In this document: one piece after another, positions 44,760 through 52,097 of the stretch
How the letters are laid out: the number at the start of each line of letters is the position of its first letter
Position numbering within the stretch: position 1 is the first letter of the stretch
Source of the DNA: Verrucomicrobiia bacterium
GTDB lineage: Bacteria > Patescibacteriota > Saccharimonadia > Saccharimonadales > JAGQNK01
Assembly: GCA_035489575.1 (NCBI GenBank)
Contig: DATHJY010000013.1
Span: 155,346 to 219,345 of the forward strand
Length of the DNA: 64,000 nucleotides
Direction of reading: 5' to 3'
The notes under the pieces: generated by a model
The model's database searches: none
Told to the model about the DNA's origin: nothing
What the model saw: the letters and a program-made list of their open reading frames with translations, nothing else
Program-made: the position numbers and the translations under genes

Positions 44760-45500
44760 ACAGCCAAAAACCTCTCACAACATGAGAGACCCCGAGCGGG
44801 TCTCTCATCGCGCGGGGAAAATGTGCTCCATTTTCTCCGGCTGCTCTTCCTGAAAACGGATAAGTACTTTTGGGAGTAAATCCCAAAAGTACTTGCTTTA
44901 TCAATGGGTTTGCACAAGAGGAAAGCCCGAGAACTTGTTCCTCGGCGCGCTAGGAGGGGAAATCATCTCCTCCTAAAATTAACTAAAAAGAGCCCGCAGA
45001 GGGTGAGACATGCCTGTGGCATGTTGCAAGGGAACCTTCCGATGGCAACTTGTTGCCAATCGCGAAGTTCCGGGGTCGCGCTAGCGCGACTGGGCACCTG
45101 GCCGTAACTAAAAACGGGCCTCCGAGAGGGGGTGGGCACCACTCGAAGACCCGATTTTAGGGAACAACCGAAGTTGCTCCCAACCACCCTTCAACCCACC
45201 CCAGCGAAGCGTCGATGTCCAAAACTCCATAAAGACTCGCGCCGGCCTCGAAAGGCCATACTTGCATACTCACTTTGAAACGGGGACCCTTAGATTCTCG
45301 AAAGATCCTAAGGGGCTAGTTAAAGGGGTTAGTTTGTTTTAGAACGCCGCCCGCCGGCAAGCCAGTAAGCAACGCCAAGAATAAGTGGAGGGTAACAACT
45401 CATAATCAGCACGTTCTAAAACAATCTAACAAAACATTCTGTGTAAACACAGAACTGTTAGAATAGGGGGTATAAGGTGCGTAATTTACCATTACAGTAA
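44760..45500 (+). ncRNA. large structured non-coding region (candidate ncRNA of unknown class)
   Basis: About 750 nt with no credible ORF, densely packed with perfect local hairpins (for example gtacttttggga/tcccaaaagtac at 44874-44902 and gtcgcgc/gcgcgac at 45085-45100). It contains module P at 45011-45084. Strand is inferred from a G.U pair in hairpin 44825-44849. Confidence 0.3.
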
Positions 45501-45533
45501 TTACAAATTGTCATTTTACCAAAAATATTATAT

Positions 45534-46406
45534 TTGTCAACACCTTTTATGAAAAAAGTCAACATGGTTACGCTTGAGGAATCCGCACTTCCGGACAGGA
45601 TTACCTCTGTTATACCACCACCAAAACAGCTCTATATACAGGGACCTCTAAAAAGTTTTTTGCAGGCCCCTTGTATTGCTATTGTGGGCAGTCGCCGGGT
45701 CAGTCCCTACGGTCGGGCGGTCACCCTTAGATTGGCCCAGGAACTGGCCGAACGGGGCATTGTTATTGTCAGTGGGCTGGCCATTGGCGTTGATAGCCTG
45801 GCCCACCAGGCAGCCCTGGATGCCGGGGGACGGACTATTGCCATTTTGCCGACGGCCCTCAGTAGCATCTATCCACGCAGCCATACCCACCTGGCGCAGA
45901 GCATATTACAGGCAGGCAACGTCCTGGTAAGCGAATATGCCGACGATACCCCGCCCATGAAGCACCAGTTTATTGCTCGCAATCGCCTTATTGCCGGACT
46001 GGCAGATGCCGTCCTGATACCAGAGGCAGCAGAGAAGAGTGGCAGCCTACACACCGCAGCCTTTGCGCTAGAGCAGGGCAAAACCATCCTGGCAGTACCT
46101 GGTAACATCACCAGCGAGTTATCACGGGGCACGAACAACCTGGTCAAAACAGGGGCCATTCCCGTCACGGCTGTGTCAGATATTTTCTATGCGCTTGGCA
46201 TAGAACCCACCCTCAGACAACTCCGCCTCCCCGCGGACGAAACAGAGTCAATTATCTTAGACCTGCTCCAACAAGGCACAACCGATATGACCCAGCTCCA
46301 GATCCAGAGTGGACTAGACCCGGCTCTATTTAATCAAACACTCACGATGCTGGAACTAGCTGGCAAGATCCGTTCCGTGGGCGCTGGTCATTGGGCCACC
46401 ACATAA
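45534..46406 (+). CDS. dprA: DNA-processing protein DprA (Smf)
   Basis: IVGSRRVSPYGR...IVSGLAIGVDSLAHQAAL. Start uncertain (TTG 45534 or ATG 45549). Confidence 0.85.
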   Translation: MSTPFMKKVNMVTLEESALPDRITSVIPPPKQLYIQGPLKSFLQAPCIAIVGSRRVSPYGRAVTLRLAQELAERGIVIVSGLAIGVDSLAHQAALDAGGRTIAILPTALSSIYPRSHTHLAQSILQAGNVLVSEYADDTPPMKHQFIARNRLIAGLADAVLIPEAAEKSGSLHTAAFALEQGKTILAVPGNITSELSRGTNNLVKTGAIPVTAVSDIFYALGIEPTLRQLRLPADETESIILDLLQQGTTDMTQLQIQSGLDPALFNQTLTMLELAGKIRSVGAGHWATT

Positions 46407-46516
46407 AAATACACATGGCTTTATAATCATAAATATGATATAAATGCAGGCTAACGTACGTCTTACGGCTGACGTTTGTTTTTTTGATAGATGTATGAGA
46501 AGCGTTTCTTCGGTGA

Positions 46517-46577
46517 GACGGTTTATTTGGGATAGGACAGCAGCAGTCAATGCTGTGCTATCCCAAATAAACCCGTC
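46517..46577 (+). promoter_or_regulatory. long hairpin in the leader of island I11
   Basis: 46517-46535 pairs with 46558-46577 (19 bp, one bulged C). It ends 26 nt before ATG 46604. Confidence 0.45.
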
Positions 46578-46603
46578 TTGTGCTCCGTGCACCATCGAAA
46601 GGA

Positions 46604-47062
46604 ATGCCCGTGTCTTCTGCCCCCGTCACCAGCTTTCCCCAAGAGCTCCGCCGGGTCCGACCCATTGTCTGGATCGGGTCCGCGCTCGTCTGCTTCTTCC
46701 TCGGCGTGGGACTCACCCTGTGGGTGACCCATAACGACAGGATCGAGGTCGACAAAATCAGCACCGTGGTCTACAGCCATGGACCGGCCGAACGCGCCAG
46801 TTACATCGCCGAATTCACGGTGACCGACTGCTACCCTGCGGATGCCGATTTCAGCGGACCCACCTGGAGCGCAACCCAGACCGAGTTGTCCAGGAACTAT
46901 CCCTCCGCACGTTTCGACTTCCACGGTGGTGACCCCAAGGGATTCGTCACCGTTAGGCTCGACCTGGACGGCTTCAAGGAAAGTCCGGAGCTTCGATTGG
47001 TCGCCAACGACATCCACCGTGTCTTGCACAGCAAGCACGCCTGCGAGCCCCCGAAGTCCTGA
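46604..47062 (+). CDS. membrane-anchored/secreted hypothetical protein (high-GC island I11a)
   Basis: N-terminal TM segment (IVWIGSALVCFFLGVGLTLWV), then a soluble domain. Start ATG 46604, or TTG 46580 / GTG 46610. Confidence 0.6.
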   Translation: MPVSSAPVTSFPQELRRVRPIVWIGSALVCFFLGVGLTLWVTHNDRIEVDKISTVVYSHGPAERASYIAEFTVTDCYPADADFSGPTWSATQTELSRNYPSARFDFHGGDPKGFVTVRLDLDGFKESPELRLVANDIHRVLHSKHACEPPKS

Positions 47063-47109
47063 TCTCCCAGATCTCAGTCCCTCAAAAACCTCGAAAGGGG
47101 GGAAACAAC

Positions 47110-47193
47110 ATGGGTTACGTCATCGGTGTCATCGTGGTCGCAGCTGCTGCGGCCTTCGGCTGGAACAAGTACAAGCAGAGCCGCTCGGCCTAG
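47110..47193 (+). CDS. 27-aa hydrophobic peptide (island I11b); not in ORF track
   Basis: ATG preceded by AAAGGGGGG. Sequence: MGYVIGVIVVAAAAAFGWNKYKQSRSA. GC3-rich. Confidence 0.45.
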   Translation: MGYVIGVIVVAAAAAFGWNKYKQSRSA

Positions 47194-47211
47194 TCGCCGG
47201 CGTAGGTCTTC

Positions 47212-47260
47212 GGTGGTAGCCGGCTCGTTCGTGCCTTTGGCGCAACAGCCGGCTGCCACC
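47212..47260 (+). other. 14-bp GC-rich hairpin in the 3' UTR of island I11
   Basis: ggtggtagccggct (47212-25) pairs with agccggctgccacc (47247-60), including one U.G wobble valid only on the + strand. Confidence 0.5.
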
Positions 47261-47368
47261 AGGCCGCCCCTTCATACATCATCAAACTTTTACAGGCTCC
47301 TGGCAGTCAGCGACCACACAGACCGCACCCTTGGTGCATTCTTTAATACCTCCTGCCAGTCCTGTACC

Positions 47369-47434
47369 CGCTTCTATGAATGTGCGATACCTTTCGCAAA
47401 ACTCATACTGATGAGTCCAAGAGGACGAAAAGCG
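47369..47434 (+). ncRNA. hammerhead ribozyme, type III (HHR-1)
   Basis: CGCUUC|UAUGA-AUG-UGCGA-UACCUU-UCGCA-AAAC-UCAUA-CUGAUGA-GUCC-AAGA-GGAC-GAAA-AGCG. Stem III is 5 bp (47369-73 with 47430-34), C17 is at 47374, and the G10.1-C11.1 pair is present. Confidence 0.9.
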
Positions 47435-47449
47435 AGTACAATTTGATAT

Positions 47450-47620
47450 ATGGAAACCAAAACAATGGTCTGGATTGGCCTAGGTGTCGGCAGTACCGTA
47501 GGGGGCTTGCTGGGTACCATGCTAGACCATGGAAACTTTCTAGGCCTGTGGTCACTAGCCCTTGGCACCCTGGGTTCACTTATAGGCATCTGGGCCGGTT
47601 TCAAACTGGCTAATATGTAA
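47450..47620 (+). CDS. 56-aa Gly-rich small membrane protein; not in ORF track
   Basis: METKTMVWIGLGVGSTVGGLLGTMLDHGNFLGLWSLALGTLGSLIGIWAGFKLANM. Backbone-like GC content; it starts 16 nt after HHR-1. Confidence 0.55.
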   Translation: METKTMVWIGLGVGSTVGGLLGTMLDHGNFLGLWSLALGTLGSLIGIWAGFKLANM

Positions 47621-47700
47621 ACGGAATTTGCTTTTACATACCGTAACGTAGTAGTGTTACTTGCTGTAACTCAAATAATCAGTACACTAAGCGTAAGCAC

Positions 47701-49986
47701 ATGGCAAAAAATCTCGTTATTGTAGAAAGTCCGGCCAAGGCCAAGACCATAGAGAAATATCTTGGCAAGGATTACTCGGTCAAAAGCAGCTTTGGACACA
47801 TCCGTGACCTGCCTAAAAAAGGCATGTCTATAGATATTGCCAAAAATTTTGCACCCACCTACGAAATCAGTCCAGAAAAGAAGAAGGTCGTTGCCGAACT
47901 CAAAAAAGCCCTCAAAGGCGCCGAAGTCTGGCTGGCAAGCGACGAAGACCGCGAAGGGGAGGCTATAGCCTGGCATTTATGCGAGGCTCTCAAACTAGAC
48001 CCCAAGAAAACCAAACGCATTGTCTTCCACGAAATTACCAAGTCCGCCATAGAGGCAGCCATAGAAAACCCCCGCACCGTAGACATGAATCTAGTAGACG
48101 CTCAGCAAGCTCGACGCATCCTAGACCGTCTAGTAGGGTACGAACTCAGCCCCGTCCTCTGGAAAAAGGTCCGTCCGGGCCTCAGTGCTGGTCGCGTCCA
48201 GTCGGTAGCCGTCCGCCTCATTGTCGAGCGCGAGCGCGAGATAAAAGACTTCCAGACACAGAGCAGCTTCAAGGTTACTGCCACATTCCATACCCCAGAG
48301 AAAGCCGAGCTACCGGCAGAATTAACAGATAAGATCGTAGACGAAGAGAAGGCCGAAGCCTTCCTGCAAGCCTGCGCAGGCGCTACCTTTACCGTCAAAG
48401 ACGTCGCCACCAAACCCGGCACGCGCAACCCGGGCGCCCCCTTTACTACCTCTGTCCTACAGCAAGAAGCCGCCCGTCGCTTGGGCTATAGCGTCAAACA
48501 AACCATGACTCTAGCTCAGCGTTTATACGAAAACGGTCATATCACTTACATGCGTACCGACAGTACCATCCTGTCCGGCCTGGCTATAAAGGCAGCCGAA
48601 GACTACATCACCAAAGAATACGGTGCCCAGTATCATCAGGTTCGCCAATACAAGACCAAAGACAAGGCCGCCCAAGAGGCCCACGAAGCCATTCGCCCCA
48701 CAGACTTCCGCAAGGTAGCCGCTGGCGATGATCCCCAGCAAAAGAAGCTATACGACCTTATCTGGCGCCGCGCCCTGGCTAGCCAAATGGCCCCCGCCCA
48801 GATAGACCGCACCGAAATACTTATAGATGTCAGCGACCGCACAGAACAATTCTTGGGCAAAGGCGAGATCGTCAAATTCGACGGTTGGTTCAAGGTGTAC
48901 GGCGGCGGCAAAGAAGATGTCCTGTTGCCACCAGTACAAGTAGGCGAGAAGCTAGCGCTGCAAGCCGCAGAGGCCCATCAGACCTTTAGCCGCCCGCCAG
49001 CCCGCTATGGCGAGGCCGGCCTGGTGCGCAAGCTCGAAGAGCTGGGCATCGGTCGCCCAAGCACCTACGCGCCAACCATCAGCACCATCCAGACCCGTGG
49101 CTACGTAGAAAAGGGCGACTTGCAGGGAGAAGAACGGACAGTAGTACACCTAGCACTCCTGAAAGGCGCCGTCCTGCGCGACGAACAAACAGAGGTACAT
49201 GGGGCAGATCGCAGCAAACTCACTCCCACCTCTGCGGCAGATGTAACTACCGACTTCTTGGTTAGGCACTTCGCTTCAGTTGTCGACTATGATTTTACTG
49301 CCACCGTCGAAGAAGACTTTGACGCCATTGCTGACGGCAAGCGCAAATGGGAAGACATGCTCAAAGAGTTTTATAAAGATTTCCACGCCCTCGTGAAAGA
49401 AGGCGAGAACGTCAGCCGCGAAGAAACTTCTCAGGCACGCGTACTTGGCCCAGACCCCAAGAGCAGCAAGCCTATTATCGCTCGTTATGGCCGCTTTGGA
49501 CCAATGCTCCAACGGGGAGAAACCGAAAGCGAAGAAAAACCAGACTTTGCACCGCTTCCAGAAGGCGTAGACCTAGAGGACGTCACATTAGAGCAAGCAC
49601 TCGAGATGTTCAAGCTTCCACGCACCGTCGGCACGACAGAGCAGGGCGAGGAGATAAAATCCAACATCGGCCGCTACGGCCCGTATATCCAGATAGGCAA
49701 GCTGTTTGTGTCCATCAAAGGTCACGACCCTATGAAGATTACCGAGGAAGAAGCCCGAGAACTATACGCTGCCAAGCTCAAACAAGAGGCAGAGAGGCAC
49801 ATAGCCGACTTCGGCAAGATCAAGATACTGAACGGCCCCTATGGTCCGTACGTAACAGATGGCACGAAGAACGCCCGTATCCCCAAAGAAACAGACGCCA
49901 CAAAGCTAACAGAGACAGACGCCAAAAAAATACTGGACGAAGCACCCGCCAAAAAGCGCTTCGGCAAGCGTGCCGCTAAGAAGTAA
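47701..49986 (+). CDS. topA: DNA topoisomerase I (type IA)
   Basis: Toprim N-terminus MAKNLVIVESPAKAKTIEKYLG, the catalytic-Tyr region ITYMRTDS, and a basic C-terminal tail. Confidence 0.95.
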   Translation: MAKNLVIVESPAKAKTIEKYLGKDYSVKSSFGHIRDLPKKGMSIDIAKNFAPTYEISPEKKKVVAELKKALKGAEVWLASDEDREGEAIAWHLCEALKLDPKKTKRIVFHEITKSAIEAAIENPRTVDMNLVDAQQARRILDRLVGYELSPVLWKKVRPGLSAGRVQSVAVRLIVEREREIKDFQTQSSFKVTATFHTPEKAELPAELTDKIVDEEKAEAFLQACAGATFTVKDVATKPGTRNPGAPFTTSVLQQEAARRLGYSVKQTMTLAQRLYENGHITYMRTDSTILSGLAIKAAEDYITKEYGAQYHQVRQYKTKDKAAQEAHEAIRPTDFRKVAAGDDPQQKKLYDLIWRRALASQMAPAQIDRTEILIDVSDRTEQFLGKGEIVKFDGWFKVYGGGKEDVLLPPVQVGEKLALQAAEAHQTFSRPPARYGEAGLVRKLEELGIGRPSTYAPTISTIQTRGYVEKGDLQGEERTVVHLALLKGAVLRDEQTEVHGADRSKLTPTSAADVTTDFLVRHFASVVDYDFTATVEEDFDAIADGKRKWEDMLKEFYKDFHALVKEGENVSREETSQARVLGPDPKSSKPIIARYGRFGPMLQRGETESEEKPDFAPLPEGVDLEDVTLEQALEMFKLPRTVGTTEQGEEIKSNIGRYGPYIQIGKLFVSIKGHDPMKITEEEARELYAAKLKQEAERHIADFGKIKILNGPYGPYVTDGTKNARIPKETDATKLTETDAKKILDEAPAKKRFGKRAAKK

Positions 49987-49991
49987 AATCA

Positions 49992-50020
49992 TTGACTTTT
50001 AGCTAATTTTATACTATAAT
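49992..50020 (+). promoter_or_regulatory. consensus sigma70 promoter TTGACT-17-TATAAT for island I12
   Basis: -35 at 49992-49997 and -10 at 50015-50020. The leader hairpin GAGUG...CACUC follows. Confidence 0.65.
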
Positions 50021-50087
50021 ACACTTGAGTGATTTTCCACACTCGTCAAATGGAAATGGACCCCCAAGCACCCCTGGGAGAAACCCC

Positions 50088-50597
50088 ATGCTTTCCAATC
50101 GAACCCTCGGCCTCATGGCCGGCATCATCGTGACGCTCATCGGCATCACGCTCTGGCTCAGCTGGAACTTCGGCTACTGGAGCGACGACGGCCCGCGTGT
50201 CGACCACACCAGCCTGTTCCTGCCCAGCGCAATCTGCGGTACCCTCGGCATCATCGCCGCGGCCATCATCATGATCGCGACCATCTACGGCCCCAAGTCG
50301 GTGTACGGCAATCCCGGATTCGTCAAGCATCTCGCAAACGAGTGCGCTGGCTGGGGAGCTGTTGTCCTGATCCTGCCGTCCTTCATGGGCGCCCTCATGG
50401 CTGGGACCGACATCCCCAACAACGTGTCCAACGGTTCTGTCCCGTTCCACTGGGCCACCTTCGGCAGCTACTCCGGTAGCCTCCTCGCTGGCCTGCTGGT
50501 GACCAACCTGTTGCTGTCCCTGGTGCTGTACTTCTGGGCAGACCGGCCTGGTGACCTGACCATCGACAGCTGGCTGAGCCGAGTCGTCCAAGCCTGA
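50088..50597 (+). CDS. 169-aa 4-TM membrane protein (high-GC island I12)
   Basis: ATG 50088 is preceded by GGGAG, and the GC shift begins ~50060. The antisense 181-aa ORF is a shadow ORF. Confidence 0.7.
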   Translation: MLSNRTLGLMAGIIVTLIGITLWLSWNFGYWSDDGPRVDHTSLFLPSAICGTLGIIAAAIIMIATIYGPKSVYGNPGFVKHLANECAGWGAVVLILPSFMGALMAGTDIPNNVSNGSVPFHWATFGSYSGSLLAGLLVTNLLLSLVLYFWADRPGDLTIDSWLSRVVQA

Positions 50598-50657
50598 GGG
50601 CTGGCCCTAGGACAAGGCAACACGCCGCCGTGCATGATACCTGGAGGGTCCAGGACG

Positions 50658-50713
50658 TGAAGTGGTAGAGGTGATGGATCATCCATCGACAACCCCTCAT
50701 ACCTCCCACTTCA
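50658..50713 (+). repeat. 56-nt perfect direct repeat (copy 1), structured 3'-UTR element
   Basis: Identical to 51422-51477. Outer stem ugaagugg/ccacuuca encloses GAGGUGAUGGAU-C-AUCCAUC-(GACAACC bulge)-CCUC. Confidence 0.85.
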
Positions 50714-50720
50714 CGCCCAC

Positions 50721-50790
50721 ACAGTTTCTATGAATGTGCAGCCAACACTGCAAGAGTCATACTGATGAGTCCAAGAGGACGAAAAGCTGT
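50721..50790 (+). ncRNA. hammerhead ribozyme, type III (HHR-2)
   Basis: ACAGUUUC|UAUGA-AUG-UGCAG-CCAACA-CUGCA-AGAG-UCAUA-CUGAUGA-GUCC-AAGA-GGAC-GAAA-AGCUGU. Stem III is 7 bp including one G.U, C17 is at 50728, and the distal stem I covaries with HHR-1. Confidence 0.9.
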
Positions 50791-50809
50791 AAAACTTCTT
50801 TGACATTAG

Positions 50810-50818
50810 TGCTATAAT
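50810..50818 (+). promoter_or_regulatory. extended -10 promoter TGcTATAAT for island I13
   Basis: TG at 50810-11 and hexamer at 50813-18. The adjacent TTGACA (50800-05) is only 7 nt away, too close to serve as its -35. Confidence 0.5.
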
Positions 50819-50878
50819 ATTTTGCGAGTGATTCGTTTCTGCACTCACAAATAACCCTCGAGGCCTCTTGGAGGAATC

Positions 50879-51373
50879 ATGTTCAGCATGCTGACGTTCC
50901 GTCGCATGACACTCGCCACGCTCGGCTTGGGCGCGCTGCTTTTCCCGATCTGTTGGTTTGCCGCCTACGGAACCCAGGAATTGTCCAGGGCACCTCATGG
51001 TGACCTATTCAGCGCTGGCGTCATATCCGGCATTATCGGTGTGGTGATCGCCTACGTGCTCCTCATGGGCACCATCCATGTCGAAGATGCCGACTTCGGT
51101 GAAAGTCAGTTCCTGGGACACCTGATGGCAGCCTTCGGGATCGTCGCAGCTGTGCTGTTCGTGTTGGGCTGCATAATCGCCGGCTTCGTCTCCAGCTCCC
51201 CCGAAGGTGGTCCCATCGACACGGGCGTGTTCGGCACCATCGTCATCAGCCTACTCGCCAGCTACCTCACCACCTTTTTCGTCCTGGTGGGTGCGTTCGG
51301 CGACGAGACGTGGATCGGTGGCAAGAAGACTGACAACAACCTCTTCCGGGACGGTGTTATCAGCGGGCCCTAA
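50879..51373 (+). CDS. 164-aa 4-TM membrane protein (high-GC island I13)
   Basis: ATG preceded by GGAGG at 5-nt spacing. GC3-rich (63% GC in the first 60 nt by hand count). Confidence 0.7.
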   Translation: MFSMLTFRRMTLATLGLGALLFPICWFAAYGTQELSRAPHGDLFSAGVISGIIGVVIAYVLLMGTIHVEDADFGESQFLGHLMAAFGIVAAVLFVLGCIIAGFVSSSPEGGPIDTGVFGTIVISLLASYLTTFFVLVGAFGDETWIGGKKTDNNLFRDGVISGP

Positions 51374-51421
51374 GGCACACACTGGCCAACAGAGAGTTAC
51401 AAATCCTGGAGTACCAGGTCA

Positions 51422-51477
51422 TGAAGTGGTAGAGGTGATGGATCATCCATCGACAACCCCTCATACCTCCCACTTCA
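51422..51477 (+). repeat. 56-nt perfect direct repeat (copy 2)
   Basis: Identical to 50658-50713. Confidence 0.85.
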
Positions 51478-51483
51478 TGTCAC

Positions 51484-51533
51484 AGCTTCTACAAATGCGA
51501 TTTGTACTGATGAGTCCAAAAGGACGAAAAGCT
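51484..51533 (+). ncRNA. hammerhead ribozyme, type III (HHR-3)
   Basis: ACAGCUUC|UACAAAU-GCG-AUUUGUA-CUGAUGA-GUCC-AAAA-GGAC-GAAA-AGCU. Stem III is 5 bp and C17 is at 51489. Confidence 0.9.
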
Positions 51534-51564
51534 ATAGCCACAGAGGCAACAGAGAAGGAAATAG

Positions 51565-51593
51565 TTGACAAATACTGTTTTTATTATTAAAAT
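51565..51593 (+). promoter_or_regulatory. sigma70 promoter TTGACA-17-TAAAAT upstream of island I14
   Basis: -35 at 51565-70 and -10 at 51588-93, followed by a ~225-nt leader. Confidence 0.55.
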
Positions 51594-51820
51594 AACATAG
51601 TTTTACATGGGTTTTCACCCCTAAAACGTATTATTGACAAGCAGGCAGACAGAGCGGAGTATTGTGGGCTTTTTGTAAGCAAAGAGCACAGAATATTCTG
51701 CTCCTGTCACCACAAGAACAGACACATCCGTGGCTTTAGCCGTGGGGACTCGCAAAAGCAGGTCAAACTGCGCGAGTTAGAAGGAAATCTCAGTCCAGCC
51801 AACCGAAAGGCTTCGGCACC

Positions 51821-52081
51821 ATGAGCATCACCACCCTCGCCAGCATCCCCGCCACCTACAACACCCCCACGTACTACGCCCCCGCCTACCAGCCGCGGGT
51901 CGACCTCGTGTCGATCAGCCTCACCCTGGTGTTCGAGCGGCAGAGCGTGATCCGCCTGGGCTACGCCTGGATCGATGGCTACTTCGTCGCCATCGACCTC
52001 CTGGTCGTCACCCAGTACGCCGTGGTCATCGAGAAGACCGCCCTCCTCGTCGACGGCGACATCGTCGTCTTCATCGGCTAG
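51821..52081 (+). CDS. 86-aa hypothetical protein (high-GC island I14)
   Basis: ATG start, GC3-rich, beta-rich hydrophobic sequence. Weak Shine-Dalgarno site. Confidence 0.5.
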   Translation: MSITTLASIPATYNTPTYYAPAYQPRVDLVSISLTLVFERQSVIRLGYAWIDGYFVAIDLLVVTQYAVVIEKTALLVDGDIVVFIG

Positions 52082-52097
52082 TCGACTTCGTCGGCTC

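Noticed and set aside
44928-44941. GAGGAAAGCCCGAG, which resembles the RNase P RNA P4 5' strand. tmRNA, SRP and group II signatures were also sought in 44760-45500.
   Set aside because: There is no complementary P4 3' strand (ACAGAAC at 45457-45463 is followed by non-matching sequence). There is no T-arm/CCA end, no tag ORF ending in Ala-Ala, no GGAAGCAGCC, and no domain V.
50800-50805. Perfect TTGACA hexamer, considered as the -35 box for island I13.
   Set aside because: It lies only 7 nt upstream of the TATAAT at 50813-50818, so the spacing is wrong. The promoter is better read as an extended -10 (TGcTATAAT).
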